In this document: positions 13,823 to 22,776 of the stretch, one piece after another | How positions within the stretch are numbered: the stretch's first letter is position 1 | How the letters are laid out: every line of letters starts with the position of its first letter | From: Clostridia bacterium | GTDB lineage: Bacteria; Bacillota; Clostridia; Christensenellales; Aristaeellaceae | Length of the DNA: 64,000 bases | Direction: 5' to 3' | NCBI GenBank assembly: GCA_017431005.1 | Contig: JAFRLY010000008.1 | Location: 3,337-67,336, forward strand | Made by a program: the position numbers and the translations under genes | The notes under the pieces: model-generated | Told to the model about the DNA's origin: nothing | Databases searched by the model: none | What the model saw: only the letters and a program-made list of their open reading frames with translations

Positions 13823-14119
13823 ATGACCATCACGAAGCAGCAGAACGGAACAACCTTGCTTCTGGCCCTGGAGGGCCGTCTGGATACCATGACTGCCCCG
13901 GAGCTGGAGGAGGAGCTGGCCGGGTCTCTGGACGGTGCGGACAGCCTTGTCCTGGATTTCACCGCCCTGAATTATATTTCTTCCGCCGGGCTGCGGGTGC
14001 TCCTGTCCGCGCATAAGCAGATGAGCGCCAAAGGCGGCCTGACGATAAAGAACGTCAATGAGATCGTCCGGGAAGTGTTCGACGTCACCGGCTTCTCGGA
14101 TATTCTGACCATTGAATAA
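13823..14119 (+). CDS. Anti-sigma factor antagonist (STAS domain)
   Basis: LEGRLDT, YISSAGLRVLL (phospho-Ser motif); ATG 13823 after GGAGG. Confidence 0.9.
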   Translation: MTITKQQNGTTLLLALEGRLDTMTAPELEEELAGSLDGADSLVLDFTALNYISSAGLRVLLSAHKQMSAKGGLTIKNVNEIVREVFDVTGFSDILTIE

Positions 14120-14132
14120 GGAGGGACGACTT

Positions 14133-14705
14133 ATGAAATCTGATATCCTGACCATTTCAAGCGACGGTAGCAACATGGAAGCCGCGCTGGCGCAGGTGGA
14201 CAAAATCGCCGCGTACAAGGAGCTTTCCCCCCGGGACGCGATGTGCCTGCGGCTGCTGGCCGAGGAAACCATGGCCATGGTCCGGGCCATTGCGGGCAAT
14301 GTGAGCGGCGAGTTCTGGATTGATGAGGAAGACCGGGTCTACTCCCTGCATCTGAAGGTCAGCGGTCTGTTTGACGATCAGCAGCGGGAACAGCTGCTTT
14401 CCGCTTCCACCACCGGGGTCAACGAAGCGGCCCGGGGCTTCATGGGCAAAATCCGTTCCTTCTTTGAGCCCGCCAGCAATGTGCCCATGTTCTCCGCCGG
14501 ATTGTTCGGGGGATCCCCGCAGAAATACAGCAGCTATGTCTGGTCCATGACGGTCTACAGGGATGAGCTTCAGAAGTCCGGCGTGAGTAAAGAGGCATGG
14601 GACGAACTGGAGAAATCTGTGGTCGGTCATCTGGCGGATGATGTAAAGGTTTCCATTTCGGGACGCGAAGTGGAAATGACCATCCTGAAAAAGCTGCAGG
14701 CATAA
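14133..14705 (+). CDS. Hypothetical protein, possibly a degenerate RsbW-like anti-sigma factor
   Basis: Strong RBS AAGGAGG, directly after the STAS gene; LRLLAEE resembles the RsbW N-box helix but lacks Asn and G boxes. Confidence 0.6.
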   Translation: MKSDILTISSDGSNMEAALAQVDKIAAYKELSPRDAMCLRLLAEETMAMVRAIAGNVSGEFWIDEEDRVYSLHLKVSGLFDDQQREQLLSASTTGVNEAARGFMGKIRSFFEPASNVPMFSAGLFGGSPQKYSSYVWSMTVYRDELQKSGVSKEAWDELEKSVVGHLADDVKVSISGREVEMTILKKLQA

Positions 14706-14824
14706 AGCCGCCGCTGCGAAGTATTACTCCGGCCCGGATTTGAGAAGATCAAAACGGGCCGGTTCTGTATTATACCCGTATAATTTCATGGACAGACAAA
14801 CGAGCTGAACGGAGCAGTCCATAA

Positions 14825-17308
14825 ATGAATAATGAAATGCCAAACAGGATACTGGTCAGAGGAGCAAGGGTCCACAATCTGAAAAACATCGATGTGGATA
14901 TTCCGCTGAACAGAATCGTCGGAATCGCCGGGGTGTCCGGTTCCGGAAAATCCTCCCTGGCCCTCGGCGTACTTTACGCGGAAGGCTCCCGCCGGTATCT
15001 GGAATCCCTTTCAACCTACACCAGGCGGCGCATGACGCAGGCAGCCAAAGCGGATGTGGACGAAGTGCTGTACGTGCCGGCCTCCCTCGCGCTGCATCAG
15101 CGTCCGGCCGTGCCGGGCATACGCTCGACCTTCGGCACGGGAACGGAGCTGCTGAACAGTCTGCGGCTTATGTTTTCACGTCTGGGCAGCCACAGATGCC
15201 CGAACGGTCATTATCTTCCGCCGTCCCTTTCTGTCGCAGCCGGACAGGAACTGGTATGCCCGGAATGCGGCGAGCGCTTCTACGGTCCCGGCGCGGAAGA
15301 ACTGGCGTTTAACAGTCAGGGCGCCTGTCCGCGGTGCGACGGGACCGGAATCGTCCATGTGGTGGATGAATCCACCCTGGTCCCGGATGAGACGCTTTCC
15401 ATTGATGAAGGCGCGGTGCTTCCGTGGCAGACCCTGATGTGGTCTCTGATGAAGGACATCGCCAGGGAAATGGGCGTGCGGACAGATGTACCCTTTAAGG
15501 ATCTGACGGAAAAGGAAAGGGACATCGTTTTCCACGGCCCGGCCGTAAAGAAAAATATCATCTATCAGAACAGAACCAGCGGCGCCGCGGGGGATATGGA
15601 CTTCACCTATTTCAACGCGATTTACACCGTGGAGAACGCGCTCTCCAAAGTGAAGGACGAAAAAGGCATGAAGCGCGTGGAGAAGTACCTGCGGCTTTCC
15701 GTCTGCCCGGACTGCGGCGGAACAAGGCTTTCGGAAAAAGCCAGGGCGCCCAGGCTCATGGGCATCAGTCTCGCCGAAGCCTGTACCATGACGCTTGCGG
15801 AGTCTGTTGACTGGGTAAACAGGGTTCCCGGTTCCCTGCCGGACGAAATGAAACCGATGGCGGAAAGCATCTGTGAATCCTATCATACGGCGGCAAAGCG
15901 TCTGCTGGATCTCGGTCTTTCCTATCTGACCCTCGACCGCGCGGCATCCACCCTTTCCACCGGAGAACGGCAGAGAATGCAGCTTGCCAGAGCGGTCCGG
16001 AACCGCACGACGGGGGTTCTCTATGTCCTGGACGAACCGTCCATCGGCCTGCATCCTGCCAATATCGCGGGATTGAACGGTGTCATGCATGATCTTGTCG
16101 CGGACGGCAATTCCGTGCTGCTGGTTGATCATGATACCCGGATCCTGAAGGAATCCGACTGGCTGATCGAGATGGGCCCGAAAGCCGGAGCCGACGGCGG
16201 GAGGGTGATCGCGGAAGGAACCATTGACCAGATTACGGAAAACCCGGATTCCATGATCGCGCCGTTTCTGAAAGAGAGCCGGCCGGCAGCCGGAACGAAG
16301 CAGAATACCAGCCTTTTTGAGAACGGTTCCGTCCGTATGCAAACCGCTCCGATTCATACCGTAAAGCCGTTGGATGTGAAAATTCCGATGGGGAAACTGA
16401 CCGTTGTGACCGGAGTATCGGGTTCCGGGAAAACAACGATGGTCCTGGAAAGCCTGGTTCCCGGACTGGCAGCCGCAACTGCCGGGGAAAAGCTGCCGGA
16501 ACACGTGCGCCTGCTGGAAGCGGAGGGTATCCGTCATATCAAGCTGATCGACGCGACACCCATCGGAATCAATATCCGTTCCACAGTCGCCACCTATGCC
16601 GGCGTCCATGATGAACTCCGGAAAATATACGCCCGGGAAAAGAGCGCAAAAGCCCATGGATACAGTGCGGGAGATTTTTCCTATAACACGGGAAATCTGC
16701 GCTGTCCCGTCTGTGACGGCACCGGTTCCGTCAGCCTGGACGTTCAGTTCCTGCCGGATGTGGATATTCCATGTCCGGAGTGCAGAGGCTCCAGATATGC
16801 AAAGGAAGCGTACCGGGTAAGGCACAAAAATAAAGCGGGAGAGGAACGGGCTCTCCCGGAGCTGATGGATATGGATGTAAACACGGCGGTCAGGTTCTGC
16901 AAAGACATGAAGAATGTGGAGCCGAAACTGTCCGTTCTGAAGGATCTCGGGCTCGGATACCTGACTCTCGGTGAGGAAACTCCCAGCCTGTCCGGCGGTG
17001 AAGCGCAGCGGCTGAAGCTTGCCAGTGAAATGGGCAAGGTACAGTCAGATTCCGTGTTTGTGTTTGATGAGCCTACAATCGGCCTGCATCCCCTGGATGT
17101 ACAGACGCTGCTGGATGTGTTCCGGACGCTCATTCAGAACGGAGCGACAGTCGTCGTAATCGAACATGATCTGGATGTGATCCGGAGCGCGGATTACATC
17201 ATCGACATGGGACCCGGCGGCGGTGATGAAGGCGGCCGGATCGTTGCCTGCGGTACACCGGAGGAAATCCGGAGCTGTGCCGAAAGCGTAACGGGAAGAT
17301 TTATCTGA
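14825..17308 (+). CDS. uvrA: UvrA-like ATPase, class II (UvrA2/DrrC-like)
   Basis: GARVHNLKN; two Walker A motifs (GVSGSGKS, GVSGSGKT); LSTGE and LSGGE signatures; CxxC zinc fingers. At 827 aa it appears to lack the UvrB-binding insertion. Confidence 0.85.
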   Translation: MNNEMPNRILVRGARVHNLKNIDVDIPLNRIVGIAGVSGSGKSSLALGVLYAEGSRRYLESLSTYTRRRMTQAAKADVDEVLYVPASLALHQRPAVPGIRSTFGTGTELLNSLRLMFSRLGSHRCPNGHYLPPSLSVAAGQELVCPECGERFYGPGAEELAFNSQGACPRCDGTGIVHVVDESTLVPDETLSIDEGAVLPWQTLMWSLMKDIAREMGVRTDVPFKDLTEKERDIVFHGPAVKKNIIYQNRTSGAAGDMDFTYFNAIYTVENALSKVKDEKGMKRVEKYLRLSVCPDCGGTRLSEKARAPRLMGISLAEACTMTLAESVDWVNRVPGSLPDEMKPMAESICESYHTAAKRLLDLGLSYLTLDRAASTLSTGERQRMQLARAVRNRTTGVLYVLDEPSIGLHPANIAGLNGVMHDLVADGNSVLLVDHDTRILKESDWLIEMGPKAGADGGRVIAEGTIDQITENPDSMIAPFLKESRPAAGTKQNTSLFENGSVRMQTAPIHTVKPLDVKIPMGKLTVVTGVSGSGKTTMVLESLVPGLAAATAGEKLPEHVRLLEAEGIRHIKLIDATPIGINIRSTVATYAGVHDELRKIYAREKSAKAHGYSAGDFSYNTGNLRCPVCDGTGSVSLDVQFLPDVDIPCPECRGSRYAKEAYRVRHKNKAGEERALPELMDMDVNTAVRFCKDMKNVEPKLSVLKDLGLGYLTLGEETPSLSGGEAQRLKLASEMGKVQSDSVFVFDEPTIGLHPLDVQTLLDVFRTLIQNGATVVVIEHDLDVIRSADYIIDMGPGGGDEGGRIVACGTPEEIRSCAESVTGRFI

Positions 17309-17309
17309 A

Positions 17310-18257
17310 TCAGATCACCTTATTGATCTGCGTGCCCTTCAGCCAGTTCTCCAGATTGTCAAATACGATCTGTGCCCGCAGCTGCATGGATTCCTGCGTG
17401 GCGAAGGCCACATGGGGTGTCAGCAGCGTATTGGCGGTCTGCAGCACAGGCAGCGCCGGATCCAGGGGCGGTTCCTTCTCGAACACGTCCAGCGCGGCGC
17501 CTGCGATGACCCCGTTCTCCAGCGCGGCCAGCAGATCCTTTTCAGCCACGACAGGCCCCCGGGCCGCGTTGATCAGCAGGGCGGTTTTTTTCATCATCGC
17601 CAGCCTGCCGGCGTTGATCATGCCCCTCGTGGAATCGTTCAGCGGGCAGTGCAGCACGACGATATCGGACTGCTGCAGCACCTCCTCCAGCGTCGTCTGG
17701 CGGATATAATCCGGGGCGTCCGCGTGCACGCTGCGGCTGTGGGCCAGGATCTCCGCCCCGAAGGCATGGAACAGCTCCGCCGTGCGGGTGCCGATCTTTC
17801 CCAGACCGATGATGCCCGCCGTCTTTCCCCGGATTTCCCAGCCGACCAGACCGTCCTTGGTTTTCCCGGCCCTGCAGCGGTCCTCCACCGCCCGCAGGTT
17901 CCGCGCCATGGACAGCGCCATGCCCAGCACCAGCTCCGCCACAGCTTCCGTCGAATACCCTGAGGCATTGCTGACCGCGATGCCTTTTTCCTTCGCGGCC
18001 GCCAGCGGAATATGGTCCACGCCGGTGAACGCCACGTCAATGAATTTCAGATGATCGCAGGCGTGCACCACCGCCTCCGGCACCGGCATGTTGGCGACGA
18101 TCATCACGTCGGCATCCTTCGCCTCGGCAATCAGCTGCTCCGGGTCGGCCGTTTTCGCGTATTCCGCGAAGGTCATTCCCTGCGCCTCAAACTTTTTCTC
18201 ATACTTCCGCATAATCTCCGCGGAAACGCCCAGAGATTCCATAATCACTGTTTTCAT
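17310..18257 (-). CDS. D-isomer-specific 2-hydroxyacid dehydrogenase
   Basis: GLGKIG, HCPL, INAARG, DVFEKEP and TPHVA motifs; start after GGAG RBS. Confidence 0.9.
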   Translation of the reverse strand: MKTVIMESLGVSAEIMRKYEKKFEAQGMTFAEYAKTADPEQLIAEAKDADVMIVANMPVPEAVVHACDHLKFIDVAFTGVDHIPLAAAKEKGIAVSNASGYSTEAVAELVLGMALSMARNLRAVEDRCRAGKTKDGLVGWEIRGKTAGIIGLGKIGTRTAELFHAFGAEILAHSRSVHADAPDYIRQTTLEEVLQQSDIVVLHCPLNDSTRGMINAGRLAMMKKTALLINAARGPVVAEKDLLAALENGVIAGAALDVFEKEPPLDPALPVLQTANTLLTPHVAFATQESMQLRAQIVFDNLENWLKGTQINKVI

Positions 18258-18451
18258 ATGTTTTCTCTCCTTCCGTGCTTCCGGGTCATTATACCCGATG
18301 ACTGCATCTTCCATCAATACGCGCAGGGTGTTTCATGGTTTTTCCGCTGTATCCGCCGGTCGCGGACGCGGGGCAGGAATTGACGGCGGCAAATCCGAAT
18401 TAAACGGACAGGAGATTCCGGATTTCACGCAGGGAAAGGAGGCGGTCCATC

Positions 18452-19669
18452 CTGGATCAGATTATCATTCACGTGGATATGGATGCTTTCTATGCCTCTG
18501 TTGAAATCCGGGACAATCCGTCCCTTCGCGGCAAGCCGCTGATCATCGGATCGCTGCCGCAGGAGCGGGGTGTCGTCGCCACCTGCAGCTATGAAGCCCG
18601 GAAATTCGGCGTCCACTCCGCCATGAACATCAAGGAAGCCTTCCGCCTGTGCCCGCAGGGTGTCTACATGCATCCGGATTTTGAGAAATACCGGGCGGTC
18701 TCCGCGCAGCTGCATACGATCTGGAACACGTATGCCTCCGTCTCTGAAACCATCGCCCTGGACGAGGCCTATCTGGATGTGACGGAAAAAGCGGGCACCT
18801 GGGAAAACGCCTGCGAAATTGCCCGCACCATCAAGCGCCGCACCCTGGCGGAACTGGGGCTGACCTGCTCCGTCGGCGTAGCCTATTCAAAAACCGCGGC
18901 CAAGATTGCCAGCGAAGAAAAAAAGCCCGACGGCTATTTTGAAATTCCCACGCCGCAGGCCTTTGTGGATCTGATCATTGACCGGGATGTCCGGGTTCTG
19001 TACACCGTCGGCGGCAAAACAGCGGAAAGGCTGAGCAGCGCCGGCATCCGGACCGTCCGGGATATTCAGCAGAACCGGGAAACTGTCATCCGCCTGTTGG
19101 GAAAGCAGGGTGTCTGGATCACGGAGATCGCCTTCGGCCGGGATGACCGGAAGGTTGTCGCCTACAGGCCGGAGGAGGCCAAATCCGTCAGCCGGGAACT
19201 GACCTTTCAGGAGGATGTGGACGATTTCGCTTTCCTGTCAGATGTTCTGCTGCTGCTTGCGCTGAGCGTCGAGAGGCGTGCCGCCCGGATCGGCCTGTAC
19301 GGGGAAGGCGTCAGCCTGAAGCTCACCTATGCTGACATGAAATCCATTTCCCGCTCACGGATGATTCCTCCCGCCCGCTCCGCCGCCGTGATCTACCGGG
19401 AAGCGTCAAAGCTGCTGGAACAGGTTCCCCGGAAGCCGGTACGGCTCATCGGCGCCGGTCTTTATCACCTGACCGGTGAAAACGGGCGCCAGCTCAGCTT
19501 CGACGACGTCCTGCCGGATACCGACTCCCGCCGGCAGCGGGAAACAGAAGCCGCCCTGCAGCGCCTGCAGGCGCGCTACGGACTGGATTTCAGCGGCAAT
19601 CTGGATAAGATTTTTCAGGGGGAAACCCTGTACCGGACGGTGGAATACATGCGGAAGCATGCGCCATAA
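18452..19669 (+). CDS. dinB: DNA polymerase IV (Y-family)
   Basis: IIHVDMDAFYASVE, SYEARKFGVHSAM, LDEAYLD, KIASEEKKPDG; probable CTG start at 18452 after AGGAGG. Confidence 0.93.
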   Translation: MDQIIIHVDMDAFYASVEIRDNPSLRGKPLIIGSLPQERGVVATCSYEARKFGVHSAMNIKEAFRLCPQGVYMHPDFEKYRAVSAQLHTIWNTYASVSETIALDEAYLDVTEKAGTWENACEIARTIKRRTLAELGLTCSVGVAYSKTAAKIASEEKKPDGYFEIPTPQAFVDLIIDRDVRVLYTVGGKTAERLSSAGIRTVRDIQQNRETVIRLLGKQGVWITEIAFGRDDRKVVAYRPEEAKSVSRELTFQEDVDDFAFLSDVLLLLALSVERRAARIGLYGEGVSLKLTYADMKSISRSRMIPPARSAAVIYREASKLLEQVPRKPVRLIGAGLYHLTGENGRQLSFDDVLPDTDSRRQRETEAALQRLQARYGLDFSGNLDKIFQGETLYRTVEYMRKHAP

Positions 19670-19678
19670 ACAGAATTC

Positions 19679-19707
19679 GCCCGGCGGCTTTTCAGCCGCC
19701 GGGCTTT
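19679..19707. terminator. Hairpin between convergent dinB and carboxylesterase
   Basis: GCCCGGCGGCT-TTTC-AGCCGCCGGGC-TTT. Confidence 0.7.
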
Positions 19708-19741
19708 GCGACAGAAACAGTTTTTGTAACGGCAATCCGGC

Positions 19742-21274
19742 TCAGGCCTGCATTACCAGTTCCGGCACGACTGCCGCGTGCTTTTCAAGCAGCTCATTGT
19801 CAAACCGGATTCCCAGCCTGCAGGGGGTATCAAAAATCATGGTTTCACAGTTTTCCGCCGTAAACGGCTTCCATTCCGGACCGGCGGGAAGCACCGGTTT
19901 GCCGTTCCGGGCAAAGGAAACCCAGGCGCCGCACATGTTCTCCTGCAGAGCTTCTGAATCTTCTCCCATGTTCGCCACAGGAACCAGATCCACATTGTGG
20001 AAAGCAAATGGAATATCAGCGCAGTGCCAGGCCAGGCGGCCGCCGTCAATCGGAAACTCCTGGGAGAAGACGTAATTGTAGACCGGCGCCGCGGACATGG
20101 CAGCCCGCGCCCTGCAGAAGCGCTGCCCTTCCCGGCGGATGCTGCTTTCCAGGTACATCAGGTCCGCAACGGGATGATTCGGATAGGCTTCCCGGAACAG
20201 GGGCACCAATACTTCTGCCGCGTCGCCGAATTTATCTTTCAGGGCCGCCATCTGTTCAGCTTCCGTCATGCGGTGCTTGTCCGGCAGCCACACGTCAAAT
20301 GCAAATTCGCCGATCACGGTTCCGACCATCACGGGAATATTTCGTGTTTCAGGCCTGAACCCGATTTCAATCCAGTCTCCCGGGAAGAAATCATCCGGCA
20401 GCGGCGTCTCTCCGCAGTAAACCCATTGTTTCCGCAAATCAGCCTGTACCCTTCCGTAAGCGGGTGAAAGTCTCTCAAACGGCACCTCCGCCAGCTTGTC
20501 CGCTTCGGACGCCTTCAGTCCCAGCTCCTTCAGCAGCGCGTCCACGATCTGCTTTCCGTTCTCTCCGCGGTGCGGATAACGGAAGTTCGCCGTGATACCG
20601 CTCATCATAATGCATTTGTGGAACAGTCCGTCGGCCTCAGGAATCTGCAGCAGGCTGGCCACCTTATGTCCGCCGCCGGACTGTCCGAAGATCGTCACAT
20701 TGTCCGGATCGCCTCCGAAGGCCGCGATATTGTCCCGGATCCACCGCAGTGCGGCGACAAGATCCTCCGTGCCGGCATTCGCGGAATCCGGAAAACGGTC
20801 CGTATGCTCCTTCAGATCCAGATAGCCCAGAATATTCAGCCGGTGGTTCAGGGAAACAACAACGACCTTCCCGTACCGGCTCAGCCTTTCCCCGTCAAGG
20901 GCTTCCAGCTCCAGCGAGGATCCCATCGTATAGCCGCCCCCGTGGATCCAGACCATCACCGGCAGCTTCTCCTGCGGATCCAGGCTTTGCGTCCAGACAT
21001 TCAGGTACTGGCAGTCTTCCGACTGGATCCATTCCCGGTGGGGAATCATAATATCCGAGGCATGGGTTTCCACAAAGGCCGTTTTGCAAATGGGGCCGTA
21101 ATGAAGCGCCTTCTGAACACCCTCCCACGGCTCGACCTCCTCCGGCCGTTCAAACCTTCTGGCTTTTGCGTAACGTATGCCGCGGAAAATGTATGTGGAA
21201 TCCAGGGCAAAGCCCATCAGCCTGCCGTATTTTGTTCCGACAGTGGTTCTTTCATCGCATATGAATCTGCTCAT
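19742..21274 (-). CDS. Carboxylesterase type B (PnbA-like)
   Basis: SEDCQYLNVW, WIHGGG, FGQSGG nucleophile, WHC catalytic His; start at MSRFICDE overlaps the upstream stop. Confidence 0.92.
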   Translation of the reverse strand: MSRFICDERTTVGTKYGRLMGFALDSTYIFRGIRYAKARRFERPEEVEPWEGVQKALHYGPICKTAFVETHASDIMIPHREWIQSEDCQYLNVWTQSLDPQEKLPVMVWIHGGGYTMGSSLELEALDGERLSRYGKVVVVSLNHRLNILGYLDLKEHTDRFPDSANAGTEDLVAALRWIRDNIAAFGGDPDNVTIFGQSGGGHKVASLLQIPEADGLFHKCIMMSGITANFRYPHRGENGKQIVDALLKELGLKASEADKLAEVPFERLSPAYGRVQADLRKQWVYCGETPLPDDFFPGDWIEIGFRPETRNIPVMVGTVIGEFAFDVWLPDKHRMTEAEQMAALKDKFGDAAEVLVPLFREAYPNHPVADLMYLESSIRREGQRFCRARAAMSAAPVYNYVFSQEFPIDGGRLAWHCADIPFAFHNVDLVPVANMGEDSEALQENMCGAWVSFARNGKPVLPAGPEWKPFTAENCETMIFDTPCRLGIRFDNELLEKHAAVVPELVMQA

Positions 21275-21993
21275 ACTGTACCTCCCGGGCGGACAGCGCT
21301 CCGGACAAATTCTTCCAGGCACGCCCCATAGCCCTTCCATCCCTGTTCTGCGGATGTAAACCAGTGCACGGGTTTTCCGGTCCTTTCCGCAAGTGCTTCC
21401 GCACCGGCATCCTGCGGATGAAGCCACAGCCGGGCTCCCTGTGTTCCGCTCTCTGCAGCCAGGCGCTGCAAATCCGTTTCAGCCAGAATCCCGTCCGCCA
21501 CAGGCAAACTGCCATAGACGCTTTCCAGATCCCGGCCGGAAATCTGCCCGGCGGCATAGCGGGACACCCGCAGATAATCCGCGCCTGCCGCACCGGCTGC
21601 TGCAAATCTTTCCGGGCACCGAAGTCCCAGCCGGATACTGGCCTCGCCGCCCATTTCCGCGCCGAAGCAGAGGCAGGTATCCTTTCGGATTCCGAAGATC
21701 TTTTCCAGATAGTCCGGAAGCTCCTTCGTCAGATAATCCCACCATTTCATGCCGTACACCATATTGCAGAAATCCGAGCTGACACCTTCCGGCATCACGA
21801 CTGCCAGGCCGTATTCCCGTGCCAGCTCCTCAATCCCTGTATATCGGATCCAGTCTGTTGCAAGGCCTCTGCGAACCGGCAGCAGATATAAAATACCCGG
21901 CGCGCTTTCTGCGCCGTTTTCCGGAAGGAGCAGACAGAACCGGGTACTGTTGCGGATTGAGCTGAACATATCCCGGCCTTCAATCAGTGCCAT
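21271..21993 (-). CDS. Alpha/beta hydrolase (tributyrin/acetyl esterase family) paralogue with degenerate active site
   Basis: Collinear with the neighbouring esterase (WIRYTGIEELAREYGLAVVMP, MVYG), but GxSMGG is replaced by GAEMGG. Confidence 0.75.
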   Translation of the reverse strand: MALIEGRDMFSSIRNSTRFCLLLPENGAESAPGILYLLPVRRGLATDWIRYTGIEELAREYGLAVVMPEGVSSDFCNMVYGMKWWDYLTKELPDYLEKIFGIRKDTCLCFGAEMGGEASIRLGLRCPERFAAAGAAGADYLRVSRYAAGQISGRDLESVYGSLPVADGILAETDLQRLAAESGTQGARLWLHPQDAGAEALAERTGKPVHWFTSAEQGWKGYGACLEEFVRSAVRPGGTV

Positions 21994-22762
21994 TTCCGTT
22001 TCCTCCTTCCAGCATCCAGTCCAGAATTCCTTCCAGCAGCGGATCCCACATGTCAAAGTTGTGGCCGCCCCGGCCGACCCGGGTTGTCAGCGGAATCCCC
22101 ATTTTCCTGAATTTTTCCGCCGTTGTCAGATCCTCTGCCTTTGCATGGTCCTCATCTCCCCAGCAGAGAAACAGACGCGGCAGACGGGTACCGCGCGCCG
22201 CGTGCTGCGCCGCCATGTGGATCACATCCCGGTTCGTTCCCCGGCAGGCATCCGCGCTTCCGAAGGTATGGAAAAGCTCTGCTCCGCCGAAATGCTTCCC
22301 TGACTCCAGCAGCTCCATGGTTGCCACAATGTCGATAGGCGACGAGCAGGCCGCAGCCGCACTGAACCGGTCCGGATACTCCATAGCCAGCTTGAATGCC
22401 CCGTGCCCTCCCATGGAAATTCCCAGGAGAAACCGTTTCTCCCGATCCTGCGGAAGCACCGGAAACAGCCTGCCGGAAAGGCTGACCGCTTCCCTGACCA
22501 TGGAATAGCCTTTTTCCCCGTATTCCATATCGCAGTAAACACCGAGATGTGAGGAAGGCGCCACCACCGCCATGTTCCGCGTATCGCAGTACCGTGCAAC
22601 GGAGGAGAAAAGCAGGGAGCTCTTATATTCGGAGAACGCCCCGTGAAGCAGGAACAGCACCTTCAGGCTTTCCGTATTCCTCCACTTCTCCGGCAGAAAT
22701 ACGCCAAGCTCGCCTTCCCCGCCCAGTGCTTCAGAGCGATACTGGATGTGATACAGTGTCAT
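21980..22762 (-). CDS. Esterase, tributyrin esterase / S-formylglutathione hydrolase family
   Basis: LFLLHG, GISMGG, GDED and GGHNF motifs. Confidence 0.88.
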   Translation of the reverse strand: MTLYHIQYRSEALGGEGELGVFLPEKWRNTESLKVLFLLHGAFSEYKSSLLFSSVARYCDTRNMAVVAPSSHLGVYCDMEYGEKGYSMVREAVSLSGRLFPVLPQDREKRFLLGISMGGHGAFKLAMEYPDRFSAAAACSSPIDIVATMELLESGKHFGGAELFHTFGSADACRGTNRDVIHMAAQHAARGTRLPRLFLCWGDEDHAKAEDLTTAEKFRKMGIPLTTRVGRGGHNFDMWDPLLEGILDWMLEGGNGNGTD

Positions 22763-22776
22763 CTCCTCCGTCCTCC

